A DNA stretch of 64,000 nucleotides from the human T2T-CHM13v2.0 reference genome, Homo sapiens. The notes beneath the pieces are model-generated. The model searched no databases. It saw only the letters and a list, made by a program, of their open reading frames with translations, and was not told the origin of the DNA. This document shows positions 11,837 to 25,577 of this stretch, in pieces (positions within the stretch are counted from its first letter, which is position 1; every line of letters starts with the position of its first letter). The stretch is from the NCBI RefSeq assembly GCF_009914755.1, contig NC_060935.1. One strand, written 5' to 3'. The position numbers were made by a program, and so were the translations under genes.

Positions 11837-12579
11837 GCAATTGTAAACAAATACTTCTCTTATAAAGTTAATGAAAAGGATTTGGGGCTTACACAATAGG
11901 CGAACAACCAGCGAAATAGTCACAAGGAATTGACTACCAACAATGAGTCGATTGGATGAAGCATTTGTCACATACTTTAATTCCAGGGAATAACAGAACA
12001 GGAATTCTCAAAGACAATGAGATACCAACCAGAGAGCAGTTATAGAAATGCTTGGGCATTTATAAAACCGAGAATGGAACCTAAAATTACTACCAAAAAT
12101 CCAGTAAGTGCTAAGATTTTCTGAAGTAGTCATAATCTTATTAATAATTGTACCTTTAGTCTAACCATCATAAGTTTAGTGCTAGTATCTTTAGAGCTAG
12201 TAAAATAAAGGAATATGGTTGCCTTAGTGCTTTATGTGAAGGACAGCATCTGATTAATAAATATAGATAACATACATGAATAAATGGACAAAGTATCACA
12301 TGTTATTAATAAGCCAACGTAGAAAAAAAGTGGCATTTTTTAACCTTGACTTAGCTATATAAAAAAAGGTAAAAGTAAATCATATATGGACAGTAAGAAT
12401 ATTTTAAATATTTAGAATATTTTCAATAATTAGAATAAATATGCTATGGGTTGACAATTTAATCAATATTTGCATGTATAAATGTACATGTAAGCTATCT
12501 ACAAATAAACCATTAAAATGCTTTTAATCTGGCAAAGTTGCCAGTGGTTCCACTCCAAGGGCAATATACCAAGTGTCTG

Positions 12580-13009
<430 letters not shown>

Positions 13010-14621
13010 CTAGTGTTAGAAGCGGATTTTTAATTTTGTGCTCATGAGCATGTTGTGCACTTCTAAACAAGCTGAAAATAGGCCTGAATGATCAATGATC
13101 AGTATATGTCTAAGTGTTGAAAGTAGAATGTCCTATTCTCTTTATATAGGAGATATTACCTTATTTAAACTCATTTATAAGATATTTCTGGACTGGAAAG
13201 TTAAGTATCTTAAAAATGATAAGAAACTCACATTAAAAATACTAAAATGATTTAATTAAATAATCCTACAAATTTTTTCAAGAAGATTCATACTACAGCT
13301 GAAATTGATCAAACTGCTTTAATTTTCAAGTCTCCTTAGAAATGGTACATGTTTATGCAACAAAAAAAAGTGAGTACAAACTGACATCAGAAAATGAGAG
13401 CATGGGATACTCAAAATAAATATTTAAGTTATCTATGAACTTGGGTTATCCTGGAAAAGCATAGATGAAACAACATTTTACCATTTTTATACTAATAGGT
13501 AAGGATAGTGATAGACTGAATTTAAGTCTGAAAGCAAATCCTAGGTTTTGAGTTTTTTAAGAGAATATTTGAACAAAGGAATAGAAACTTCAGAAGAAAC
13601 ACAAATAATGATGTTACTTTCACATTTATTTCAAGTTTTCATGGAGCTATTGAAGGTCAAGACGCAATGAACAGAATGTAAGGTAGGACTGCAAAAAGGG
13701 GTGAGGTAAAAGACAAGCAGGTTTTTGATAAAGAAATGTGCTTACGAACAGGACAAGATGCCTAGAAAAAGGTTTGCTGAGTGACTGGTTGAGGAGGGGA
13801 AGAAACATGGAGGGCTAGTGATTCTATGATAGGAACTGTAAAGAGTCCAGAAACTGGGGGGCAAGGAGAGGAAGATATTACCAGATTGTTATGTTGCCAT
13901 GGAAGCAGAAGCCTGAGCAGGCACTAAAGAAAAAGATCCGCCACTAACATCCAGTGTACAAAATAATGTGAAGGAAAGTAAAACGGCAAAGCGAGAACTT
14001 TACAATTGCCTCTGAAAGGTAAATAAAACAAGGGTATATCTGACAGAATTAAGGGAAAGGAGCACAAAGAAGTTGATGACATCAATTGGACATCAGAAGC
14101 AGATACAAGGCATCTTTTGTTACCTGTTGAACCAACCAGTTCTTCAATTCACTCTTTAATAACTTTACTTCTGGTGCATCTCATCAAGAGTTCAGAATTA
14201 AATGATATTAAGAAAAATTATATATGTAAGAGCCAATGCTACAGGCCTCATTCTATCAGAAATGACTGCATAACGTTAAAGCAACAGATGGGTAGTTAGA
14301 ATAAAACAGAAACAATGATATTCTCTGTTCACACATTGCTAACTGCCATCACTTGTACTCCAAAACAATAATTGACAGAAAACAATTTCATTGATATTCC
14401 ATAGCCATATGAGTTTATGTCTCCATATGGCAAGGCCTCCACTGTCAAAGCCTCACTGCATAATGACTCCGAAGTATCTGGTTTGCAAATGTCTTCATTA
14501 ATACAGGAAACAGTGCTTGCTCTTTTTCAGTAAGTATTCAATAACAAATCTGTTTAAGTTGTATAAAAAATACAAAAATCTTCCCACAGTATCTACTCTC
14601 AGTGATTCAGGTTAAATTATT

Positions 14622-15471
14622 ATTATTTTTTTATTATTATACTTTAAGTTCTGGGATACATGTTTAGAACGTGAAGGTTTGTTACACAGGTATACGCATG
14701 CTATGGTGGTTTGCTGCACCCATCAACCTGTCATCTACATTAGGTATTTATCCTAATGCTATCCCTCCCCTAGCCCTCCACCCCCGACAGGCTCCAGTGT
14801 ATGATGTTCCCCTCCCTGTGTCTACATGTTCTCATTGTTCATCTCCCACTTATGAGTGAGAACATGAGGTGCTTGGTTTTCTGTTCCTGTGATAGTTTGC
14901 TAAGAATGATGGTTTCCAGCTTCATCCATGTCCCTGCAGAGGACATGAACTCATCCTTTTTTATGGCTGCATAGTATTCCATGGTATATGTTTGCCACAT
15001 TTTCTTCGTCCAGTCTATCATTGATGGGCATTTGGGTTGGTTCCAAGTTTTTGCCATTGTGAACAGTGCTGCAATAAACATACGTGTGCATGTATCTTTA
15101 TACTAGAATAATTTATAATTCTTTGGGTATATACCCAGTAATGGGATTACTAGGTCAAATGGTATTTCTGGTTCTAGATCCTTGAGGAATCGCCACACTG
15201 TCTTCCACAATAGTTGAACTAACTTACACTCCCACCAACAGTGTAAATGCATTCCTATTTCTCCACATCCTCTCCAGCATCTGTGGTTTCCTGACTTTTT
15301 AATGATTGCCATTCTAACTGGCATGAGATGGTAACTCATTGTGGTTTTGATTTGCATTTCTCTAATGACCAGTGATGATGCGCTTTTTTTCATGTTTGTT
15401 GGCTGCATAAACACCTTCTTTTAATAAGTGTCTGTTCATATCCTTTGCCCACTTTTTGATGGGGTTGTTTG
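14622..15471 (-). mobile_element. 5'-truncated L1PA (ORF2 C-terminus + 3' UTR)
   Basis: Minus-strand ORFs contain L1 ORF2 motifs ([38 protein letters not shown]). TSD caggttaaattatt 14608-14621 / caggttacattatt 15472-15485. Confidence 0.95.
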
Positions 15472-16599
15472 CAGGTTACATTATTTTTTAAAAAAATAAG
15501 GAAAAACTCCAAAGTAAGACTACTGAGAATATGCTTTTAAATTCTTTCTACTTTTGAAAAAATTATAAACATATTTTAGGTTGTGGCAATTGTGGAAGTT
15601 TCAAATTTCCACTCCACTATAACTTTCCATGGTTTTATGAAGGTCTAAAACATGTGGCAGCCAACAAAATAGATGTGTTAACATCTTACATCAAGTTCTG
15701 AGAATAAGTTCTTGATTCAGCATCCTTTAGTCGAGCCACCATGGAGAATGGGAGAAGGTGACTGGTCATATTAAATGCATTACATTCATTCATAGTTGGC
15801 CAAATGATTATAGTACATAGCTAATGTAAATCTGCTATATCTTTGATAGTGATGAAAAAGCCACTGACTATTTCAGTCTCCCAAAATACAAACGAATAAT
15901 CTAGTGCACACTTTTGAGAGAACTATAGAGATTCCTGGATGCCATATTTAACATCTCATCAATGACAAGCTTTATTTCTCTCATAGAAGCATTTTTCTAT
16001 ATTATATTTGACTGCATTTTATTAACTTTTCTTATACTCTAAAAAGCACAGGCATTCAAAAGCTCTCAACGAGGAGACCATGTCTTCATTTTGAGGGTGA
16101 CATACTGACCCAGACAAATCCAGCCAGCTAAGTAGAAATGAAAATTCAATTCCAAATAGAAAATACTGAGAAATAATTTTTGCAACAATACTTAAATGAT
16201 TATAGAAGCAACTAGATAGAGCGAAACATTCAAGCCCCAGTTCTGATTCTGCCATTCATTTATTTTTCTACTCTCTTCTTTCTTGAATGAACAAAGCTAC
16301 TTCTTTTAACTTATTAGTGTTGTGTCTCCTAGTTCACCTCAAACATTCTGTATCTTCTTATTCTCTCTCCATGTAAATGAAAATGTCTTAACAGAAACCA
16401 ACCTAATTGAAAGATTACCAAAACCCTATGGAGAGCTAGAGCAGATGGGGTTGTTTTATTTTACAAATATTCTAAGTCACCTCTTTTTCCTGACAGACTA
16501 ACCTTTGCTACTGATACAGGCCATTCCCAAAGCTATCTTGTTTTTAAGTCACAAGTACAAATTGAGAGTATGCTGAGACATAAGTCCAATTCGTGGTAT

Positions 16600-17800
16600 G
16601 CCATTCATTTTCTCATTCAAAAAATAGACACTGAGAGTTATACAATGCATCTGGCACTGCTTCCGGAATTAGAAAAATAGTGGTACACAAGAATGACACA
16701 CTAGTCATCTTCTTGAAGCTTATTTCCAATGAAAGTTTCAAACAACATTTAAAATAATATAATGTGCTATCACTTGCCAAGTGAGTCATTTATTCTAAGC
16801 ATGTTATATATGTTAATTCACTTTACAACAAAAAACCTGTAAGAATTAAACAACATCTCCACTGTAAAGATTAGGACACTGAGGAACACAGAGGTTGTGT
16901 CTTGTCAAGGTCACAGAGCTAGTCAGTGGCTGCATCCAGGACTCACGGAACTAGAATCTATGTGTTAAATCACTCTATCATATTACCTCTCATTAACAGC
17001 AAATAAATAAATATATCATTTCAGGGACAGATATCTTCTATGAATAAGGATAAAGCACTGTTCAGGAACATGGGGCAATGGAACGGGGATATAGTAGTTT
17101 AGACAACAGGGTCAGGGAAGGTTTCTGTGAGGAAGAGATATTTGAGGAAGAACCTGGATGATGAAAAAGGAGAACTTTTGAGAAAATCTGGGTAAAGCAC
17201 ATTTCAGGAAGAAAGAGCAAAGACTTAAAGCAGGAAGAAACTAAGAGTGTTCAAGGACGAACGACAAAGAGAATGGTTAGGGTGGCTGAAAGAGTAATCT
17301 AGAAGGGCTAGATTACGTAAGGCTTTGTAGTTCTAAATAAGGGGTTTGAATTTCATTCTAAGTGTTATGGCTTTTAGGGGTTTTTAAGCAAAGGAAAGAC
17401 ATTTGATTTTTTTTTAAGCTTTTTTTTGTTTTGTTTTGTTTTGTTTTCTGGTTGTATTGTTAAAAATAGAAGGGCTAAGAATTAGGCTCCTGAGAGGTTC
17501 ATATCTCAGGCTCAGCAGAGGAGGAGGAGCCTACAAAGAAGCCCAAGAAAGATAAACCAATGAGGTGAGAGGGAAGTAAAGAAAATCATGCCTGGAAGGC
17601 CAAATTAATAAAATGTTTCATGAAGAACAGGGGGGTCACCCTGTCAAATCTGGCTGGGAGTTTAGGATGAGGTCTGAGAATTGATGGATTTGGCAAGGAG
17701 GAGGTTGTTGGTAACTTCGACAAGAGTGACTCTGTGAGGATGGTGAAGAAAGAAAACCTGGTTAGAAGGGGGTTGAGGAGCCAATTGGATTGGAGGAGGT
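16600..17800 (-). mobile_element. Diverged L2 fragments with an embedded MIR (~16780-16990)
   Basis: Purine-rich L2-like text (gtcagggaaggtttctgtgaggaag, gaatttcattctaagtg, tggatttggcaaggaggaggttgttggtaac) and a reverse MIR core. Confidence 0.55.
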
Positions 17801-18364
17801 GGGAGAGCAACTAACAACTCTCTCAGGAGAGAATTCTTTCAGGGAAGCAGAGAAACATCATAACAATAGAGGTAGGGGCCATGAGAGAACACCTTTTACT
17901 ATGAAGGTAGTTCGGTATGGTTATATGTTGATAGGACATATATGGGTAGTTCAGTATGGGTTATACGTTATATGTCCAGTGGGAGGGAGAGTCTGAAAAA
18001 GCAAGAGAGAACAAAGAGTAATTCATACAGCACAGTTCTTGTCTATGAGGGAGGAACTGGGCTCTGGGCAGGAGCAGGAAGAGTTCATTACTTGTAACAG
18101 GAAGGAAGACAGCGCACGTGGGTGTAAATGCAGGTACACTGCAAGACTGACGGTGTGAAGACCAGACTGTTCTGCTCTATTTTCTCAGTGAAATAAGAAT
18201 AAAAGAAGTGAAGGGAAGTAGGGAGTGATAGAGGATTGAGGAGGAAGGAGAAAGTATGAAACAAACAAGTAAATCAAGTAGGAAAAGGTAGTTGAATTTC
18301 AGGCCAGTCCCGAGGGCCCGCTTGAGATTCTACTCTAAAACATTTAAATGAAAAGAGCTTTGCT

Positions 18365-18495
18365 GATAGAAGCAGCACTGGACCAGATAAGATAATTTTG
18401 GTTCTAATACCAGTTTTGCCACTTCCTGGACATACACCCTTGGGCAAGGCACCAAACCTTTCTGGACCTCAGTTTGCTCATCAAGTAAAGTGATA
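18365..18495 (+). mobile_element. MIR fragment
   Basis: ccttgggcaag...cctcagtttgctcatc core. Confidence 0.65.
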
Positions 18496-19109
18496 ACGTG
18501 TGGGTCTGCTCCACTCGGAAACACCCAGAAATGTGTGGGGCACTTTGGGATGTCCTGGCAAATATCAGCATTCAGTACTGCAGGTCTGGGGTACTCAATG
18601 TCCTTTAGTGTACGGAAGGGTCTTGCAAGACAAATAACTGTCCTTCCCCCATCTCCAGCAGCACATACTCCTGTTGAGAAACACAGAGGCAGAGGATCAC
18701 TCCAAGAGTCCTCTCAACTCCAAGACTGATTGTAATCTTAATTGTCCATATCATGGAAGCTAGCTCTTACACTGATGGATAAACCATACATCCATTTAAC
18801 TCAATACTATCAATCCTCACTCTTGCCTCCTAGACTGATTACAGGCTGCTAGCCAGGCAAAATGAACAGAAGTTGAGTTTGCCCTTGTTATTTCCTCAGG
18901 CCTTAGAGGTACTAATGAGCAGCAAAACAGTTTATAGATTATAGCCAAGAAAAGAAACAGGCAGCACAAGGTGATACAGGAAAAAAAAAATGCCCTCCAT
19001 TATGATGAAAACCATTGTCATTAACTATCATAGCAATTAAACATAAATGCTGTCAGCGATAACACTCAATAGTAGCAAAGAAAGTTTGGTACCTAGGTTT
19101 CGCCTGCAT

Positions 19110-19385
19110 GGAATTAGGTAGCATCTCACTACCATAAAATGAGAAAAATTAATTTTAATGGTATTGACCACAAGGACCCCAACATGAACTGAAAATTAGT
19201 TGACAAGGACAGGGCAATTATCAAAGGCAATATATCAAATTCCACTCAGATGATCAGTGGGGTGCTGTAGGCATTGCTGCTAGTGACCTTTCTAGTTGAC
19301 ACCTTCATTAATGATGTGTAAGATGAAGACCAGCATGTAAACATATTCCAGAATGATTCCACTACGGGGGTCATACCAACTGCAA
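19110..19385 (+). mobile_element. Ancient L3/CR1-type LINE reverse-transcriptase remnant
   Basis: Translation from 19211, RAIIKGNISNSTQMISGVL*ALLLVTFLVDTFINDV, aligns to the CR1 RT pattern QRVVING..S....SGVPQGSVLGP.LFNIFINDL. Confidence 0.6.
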
Positions 19386-19729
19386 GCTTCCAACATCCCA
19401 GAATTACTTAAATATAAATGAATACAGAGGTCCCTGGGGAGATTTAAAATTTAAGGTAGGTGATTGTATAGTGAGATAATACAGACAGATGGGTAAAAGC
19501 CTAGGTGAAAATCTCTAATAGCATGGTGATTCCTGAATGAAAAAAAAAAAATCAGTAATTACACAGATCTCAAATAGTTTTTTCACTGACATTTATTGAA
19601 TAAAATGCTGGCCAGATATTATAAACACTACTGTTTCATCTATAAAATGTAAACAAATACAGAAAACATATACAATTAACCACTGTGCTTTTTTTGACTT
19701 AAAAAATAAAAAAAAATTATGGTACAATT

Positions 19730-20097
19730 TTTTTAATTGAGGTTAAATTTATATAACATAAAATCAACCATTTAAAAGTGAATGATTCAGCGGCAGTTAA
19801 CACATTCACAACGTTTTGCAACCACTATTTCCATCTAGTTCCAAAACATTTTCATCACTCCAAAGGGAAACCCTATACACCTTATGCAATTGCTCCACAT
19901 TCCCCGTTCCTCCTTGCCCCTGGCAACCAACAGTCTGTGTTTTGTCTCTGTAGATTTAGGTACTCTGGGTATTTTATTTAAGCCGAGCCATACAACACAT
20001 GACCTTCTGTGTTTGGCTTCTTCAATTAATATAATGTCTTCAAGACTTATCCATATTGTAGCATGTATCAGTACTTTACTCCTTTTGATGGCTGAAG
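19730..20097 (-). mobile_element. L1MB-like 3' end
   Basis: Typical L1M 3' UTR in reverse (ttccaaaacattttcatcactcc, catattgtagcatgtatcagtact). Confidence 0.8.
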
Positions 20098-23000
20098 CCA
20101 ACATGCTTTTAAACTGCAATGTTAACTTTAAAGTATGACAAGGACATTCATGCCAGTTCTGAGTGAAAACAATAAGTAAAACCCAGTAGAAATCCAGCAA
20201 AACCTCAACTATCCTGATTAATAAAACTCTTTAAAAAAGAAGAGCAGTAAAAAGCTTATTTTATTAATTTTACTACTGGGAAGGCTTTATGAAATGAAAA
20301 ATGTTACTGTTAGCCTTTTCTTTACTTTTAAGTGACATTTAGATATTCACTAATGAGATATAGTAAATATTTATTAATTATTGATGAGCTGGAAGGTTTG
20401 GGGTTCCCTGGCATGCTAGCTACCAGGGAAGGTGCTCAGTAAGTGTTTAATGAATTGCGATAAGCATAAAGAAGACTGTAGGGGTATTTTTTGGCGTGTG
20501 TTTGCTTCTCTCCAATTGGGGCTAATGTTGTATGGCTGACATGAGCAGAGGTAGTTGTTTCTGTTCTAGTGTTAATTTCATTGATTCCCAGAGTTATCAC
20601 CAACCTGTTTCTAAACTGATACCCTCATCCACCCCAGGGCTTGTGGAACTGGTTGCTTTTGCATAACATTTCCTGAGTAGGCTATAGAAAAAAGTCAGAG
20701 AAGATTTTCCTTCTTCCTTTTAAAATTTGTATCTCCAATGTAACTTCTTTCCCTCTCTCATGGTTCATTATCAGAAAGACTCTGTAGGATTTTTATTCTG
20801 TCTAGTACAGAATTTCTACATTTTTATTCACTGTCCGAGACACAGTAAAGTAGTTTTTTCAGTAGAATATTGGTGGTAACAGTGACTTTTCATCCTGTAA
20901 TTTTAACCCAAAGTTTTCTAATTATTCAGTTTATATGCTCATGATTTAATTGAACAAATGCTTTCTTATTATGAAAATTGGAATGGTGAACTCCTCTGAA
21001 GAACCTCAGTCTATTCAACTGAAGTGGGTTAGTGATCTAACTTGATTTCCTAATGATACCTTGGGGGAGGGGAAAAAAGGTCCTTTTTATATCACAAGAG
21101 TTTTTAGAGAGAATACTAAGAAGCTGAGAGTCCTTTTACAATGTATAAATTTTTCTCCAAGGAGATATTATTTTGTTCTTTCTTGTGTTTTAGATAGTTG
21201 GGCAAAAGGCACCATGCAAAATAACTGAAATTTAACCCTTTGCATGTGTGTATCTTTTCATAAATGTGTATTTTTAAAACTGCAGTTATATTACTTACTC
21301 AGTTCAAGTGAGATGGCAATTAATTCCTGCAGAAATTAATAGTTTCACAAACAGCTTCTAGAATATATTTAGCTTCTTACTAAAATGCTTCAGATTGGGT
21401 TATTGCTTCTATGAAAATGTGTTAATTAGCTGTAATAACTATAAATTGCAGATAAACTATTTATATTCTTTAATGTAATTGCAGTCATATATAAAACCAA
21501 ATTGCATTCACATAAAAATAAATTGGGAGGGGGCAAATCAACTATTTGGAACATAGTTTGTTACAGAGGGTTCAGAACAAGAAGCGCATATATTCAACTG
21601 GGCAGGATATTACAAACACAGAGAAATCAAACCAGATACAGTGCTGAGACACAAAATAACACATGCTCTCTGTAAAATTTGATGAATCTATAAAATTGGA
21701 TGGAACAATGACCCAAACTACTGAGTCTTCCGAATTTCAGGCCAGTGTTGGTTATGATGGTACTTTGCCACAAAACAGAGATAAGAGACATTTATAGTGT
21801 AGCAAGTGGCAGAACAGAGACATTTATGAAGGTAGAAGATTCATGACATATAGAAAGAACAAAAGAGGCCAGCAAACAAAGAGGCATGTCATTTTTTCCC
21901 AAGATAAACTTGCTGGAAGCCCACAGCATCCACCATTCCAGCACAACACCATGAGGCACACAAGTCAGTCTCCAGAGACTTTTATACCAAATACTGCAGC
22001 AACAAACACTGGCATAACTGGATTACATGTTTATTTCATAACTGGATTTTGACTACTGGGAAGCGATTTCTGCAAAGGAAGCGAAAAGCTCCACATTGCT
22101 GGGAAATAAAGCTTTGGTAAAATGACAATTGCATATTTGCACAATATCCTTCATAGTTTGGCTACTCAATGTCCTCATCCAGACACACCCTGCTGACCTT
22201 TATCAGTGATTGTGTATTAACTTCTTAATTCTGATCTATGTTGCTCAAAGAGTGATGAAATAGTCTATTTCCTCCCTAAATATACGACAATGTAAAAGAA
22301 ATAAGGCAACCTCAATAAGAAAATAGGCAAAATACTGGAACAAGCAACAAAAACACATATGTGGGAAATGGGTAAGAAATGTGAAATAATGTTCAATCAT
22401 ATCAGAAATAAAAATCATCACATGGGGATGAGATACCATTTTTAGCATCACGTCGGCAAAGCCTTTGGAAAGTGCAATCTGAGTAGAAGGGGAGAAAACA
22501 AATGAAGATGGTGGGGAATAGATAGGAGAGGAGAAAGTAATGACAGCAAACGTAGAAAATGCTTTCAAATTGTTTTGCTTCAGAGCTGAAGGGGAATAGA
22601 AGGGTAAAGGGAAAACGTTGGCTAGTTTTTAGATGAGAGATACTTAAGCAAGTTGAAATGCCAAAAAGAAGCCACTTGTAAAAGGAAACAGGCTAGAGAT
22701 AGGGGAGACAGTAATGGTGCCAGGGTAATCAGCCTCGGAGAGGAGGAGATACAAACCAAGCACAGGTGGAGGGAACCAGCCTCAGGCGGAGCAATTACCT
22801 TAACCTTTCCAAGCCTAATGTCTTACCTTTAAGCTAAGAAAAACAATACTGATCACTTAGAACACATTATGCAAGTAGCATCTGGCATACAGAAGTTTAT
22901 TTATTTTAATGTTAATGTTTTAAAACAAAATGTCCTTGGTTCCTACCAATGGCTTTTACACAAATGTCATGTATGTTCAAAAGCAAATTCCTTGGCAGGG

Positions 23001-24178
23001 ACAAGGTCATGCTGCTCCACTGTACTACAAAACGCCAGTTCATGTCAAATAAAGTATTTATAAGGAATTAATAGTTTGGCAAACAGTCAGCAAGTATTTA
23101 TTGGAAGGAGCGCAGATGTGTTCCTTATTTGGGGTCACACGGATGTGAGTTTGAATCTCTGGCCCTACCAGTTTCTCACTCAGTGTTTTTCATTGTTGTA
23201 TGTTTGATACTTAGAAAAGTGGCTGGCTTAATAAATATTTGTTGAAGGGGTAAATGATTAAAGCGCTCTTAACTTCTTGGTAACTTTGGCTCCAGGATCT
23301 GAAAATAAAACTAATAGTAATGATAACCCAGGTGTGTTACAGGAATGGAAAGAATACATTGAAGCAGTAAATCAGTGTCTGGCACTTAGTTGGATCAGTA
23401 AGGTAATTATCATTCTTTAGCAGTCATAGTAAAAAGAAGTAATTGTTTGAAGATTAAGAAAAAGTTTAAATAAATCATAACTCTATTATTTTAAAAACCT
23501 AAAACACACTATTAAGGTGACCAGTTTAAAATATTTTTTACTTGGAGATACCTTCCCAGAATTTGTGCTGAAGTGACATAATAGATATTGATGTGTTATT
23601 TCCCCAGTTTGAGTGCTTTGAAGGTGCCAACTATAGTGATCTAATGTGCTATAGAAATTACTACTGAAGTACAAGCATAATGGAACCGTTGCCATAGAAA
23701 TGGTATTTTGCTACCCCACTCTCCTCATTTAGATGTGCTTCCTTCATATAAGGAGAAAAACAGAAAACAAGAACAGAAATAAAACACTGAGGGTACTTTC
23801 TATTTCTGATTTAAGTATTTTTTTCCTTTTAAAATAACAGGCCTAATAAAAAACAAAAATCAATAATCAGAGCCAGAATATTCACCCCTACCTCAAAGTT
23901 AAGTTTCTAATATGATATAAAATTGCTAAAAATCCTCTTACCCCAAAACCTATAGCTGTTTTAAGTTATATAAAATTTAACAAACAGTAAAGTTTTCTAA
24001 AAATGTAGAAACGGAAAAGAGGGACAGAATAATCCCTATGTATGTCAGATTATCTATAAACACAAATACATCACATGTCCAAGTTGTGTCTTTTTTATAT
24101 TCTTTACATTGAACAATGATATAATACTTAATATGGAGCAATGTCTTTATTTTCACAGTTAATTTCTATCTAGACATT

Positions 24179-24552
24179 TGTAGTGGATTGAATAGTGTCC
24201 CTTCCAAAACAAAAATACGGTCAAGTCTTAACCCCGATAACTGTGGATGGGACCCTATTTGGAAATGGGGTTTCTGCAAATGTAATTAAATTTTAAATCT
24301 TAGGATGAGATAATTCTGGATTTAGGGTGGGCCCTAAATCTGGGGACTGGTGCTATTATAAGAGAAAGGAGACAGTGATTTGGGACACAGAGACACAACG
24401 GAGAAGGCCATGTGAGGATAGAAGCAGAGATTAGAGCAATGGAGCCCCAAGTCAAGGAACACCAAGGATTCCTGAGAGTTAGAAGCTGGGAGAGAGGCAA
24501 GGAACAGATTCTGCCTCAGAGCCTCCAAAACAACACAACCCTACCAACAGTT
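24179..24552 (+). mobile_element. MLT1-family MaLR LTR (partial)
   Basis: tgtagtggattgaat..., ggatttagggtgggccctaaatc, gaaggccatgtgagga, agaagctgggagagaggcaaggaacagattct. Confidence 0.85.
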
Positions 24553-24728
24553 GCTTCTAAGATAGCTTGTTATCAAAAATTACATTTTAAAACAATTATT
24601 TTCATATTTATATTTTAATAAAACATTTAAAGCAATTATTTCATACAAAAATAAACTGCATTTTTTTATATACTAGCAGTGAACCCTTGGAAATTAAATG
24701 TAAACATTTCCAATATCATAAAAAAACC

Positions 24729-25089
<361 letters not shown>

Positions 25090-25276
25090 CTACACAACAT
25101 TGATAAGAAAAATTAAAGAATATTAAACTGAAAAACCCAATATTGCTATAATGTCAATCTCCCATAATTTGATGTATAGAATTAAAATAATCTCAATGAA
25201 AACCCAGCAGGACTTTTTGGTTTTGAAAAAATCCACAGTCTGATATCATAATTTATACAAAAAACAAAGGGCCAGA

Positions 25277-25577
25277 CCATTCGTCTAAGCAAATTAACAC
25301 AGGAACAGAAAAACAAATACCACATGCCCTCACTTAGAAGTGGGAGCTAAACACTGGATACTCATGGACACAAAGAAGCCAAAGACAGAAAATGAGGACT
25401 ACTAGAGAGGAGAGAGGGAGGAGAGAAAGGGTTGAAAAACTGACCACCGGGCACTAGGCTCAGTACCTGGGCAATGGGATCATTCATAACCCAAACCTCA
25501 GCATCATGCAGTACACCCAGGTAATATACCTGCACATGTACCCCCTGAATCTAAAATAAAAGTTGAAATTTTAAAAA
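25277..25577 (+). mobile_element. 5'-truncated L1PB/L1MA 3' end nested in the older L1
   Basis: aggaacagaaaaacaaataccacatg...cctgcacatgtaccccctgaatctaaaataaaagttg. Degenerate TSD aaagggccaga/aaagtccaga. Confidence 0.85.

Noticed and set aside
14839-15414. ORFs resembling a protein C-terminus (CWRGCGEIG...)
   Set aside because: Frameshifted L1 ORF2 end of a truncated, inactive L1.
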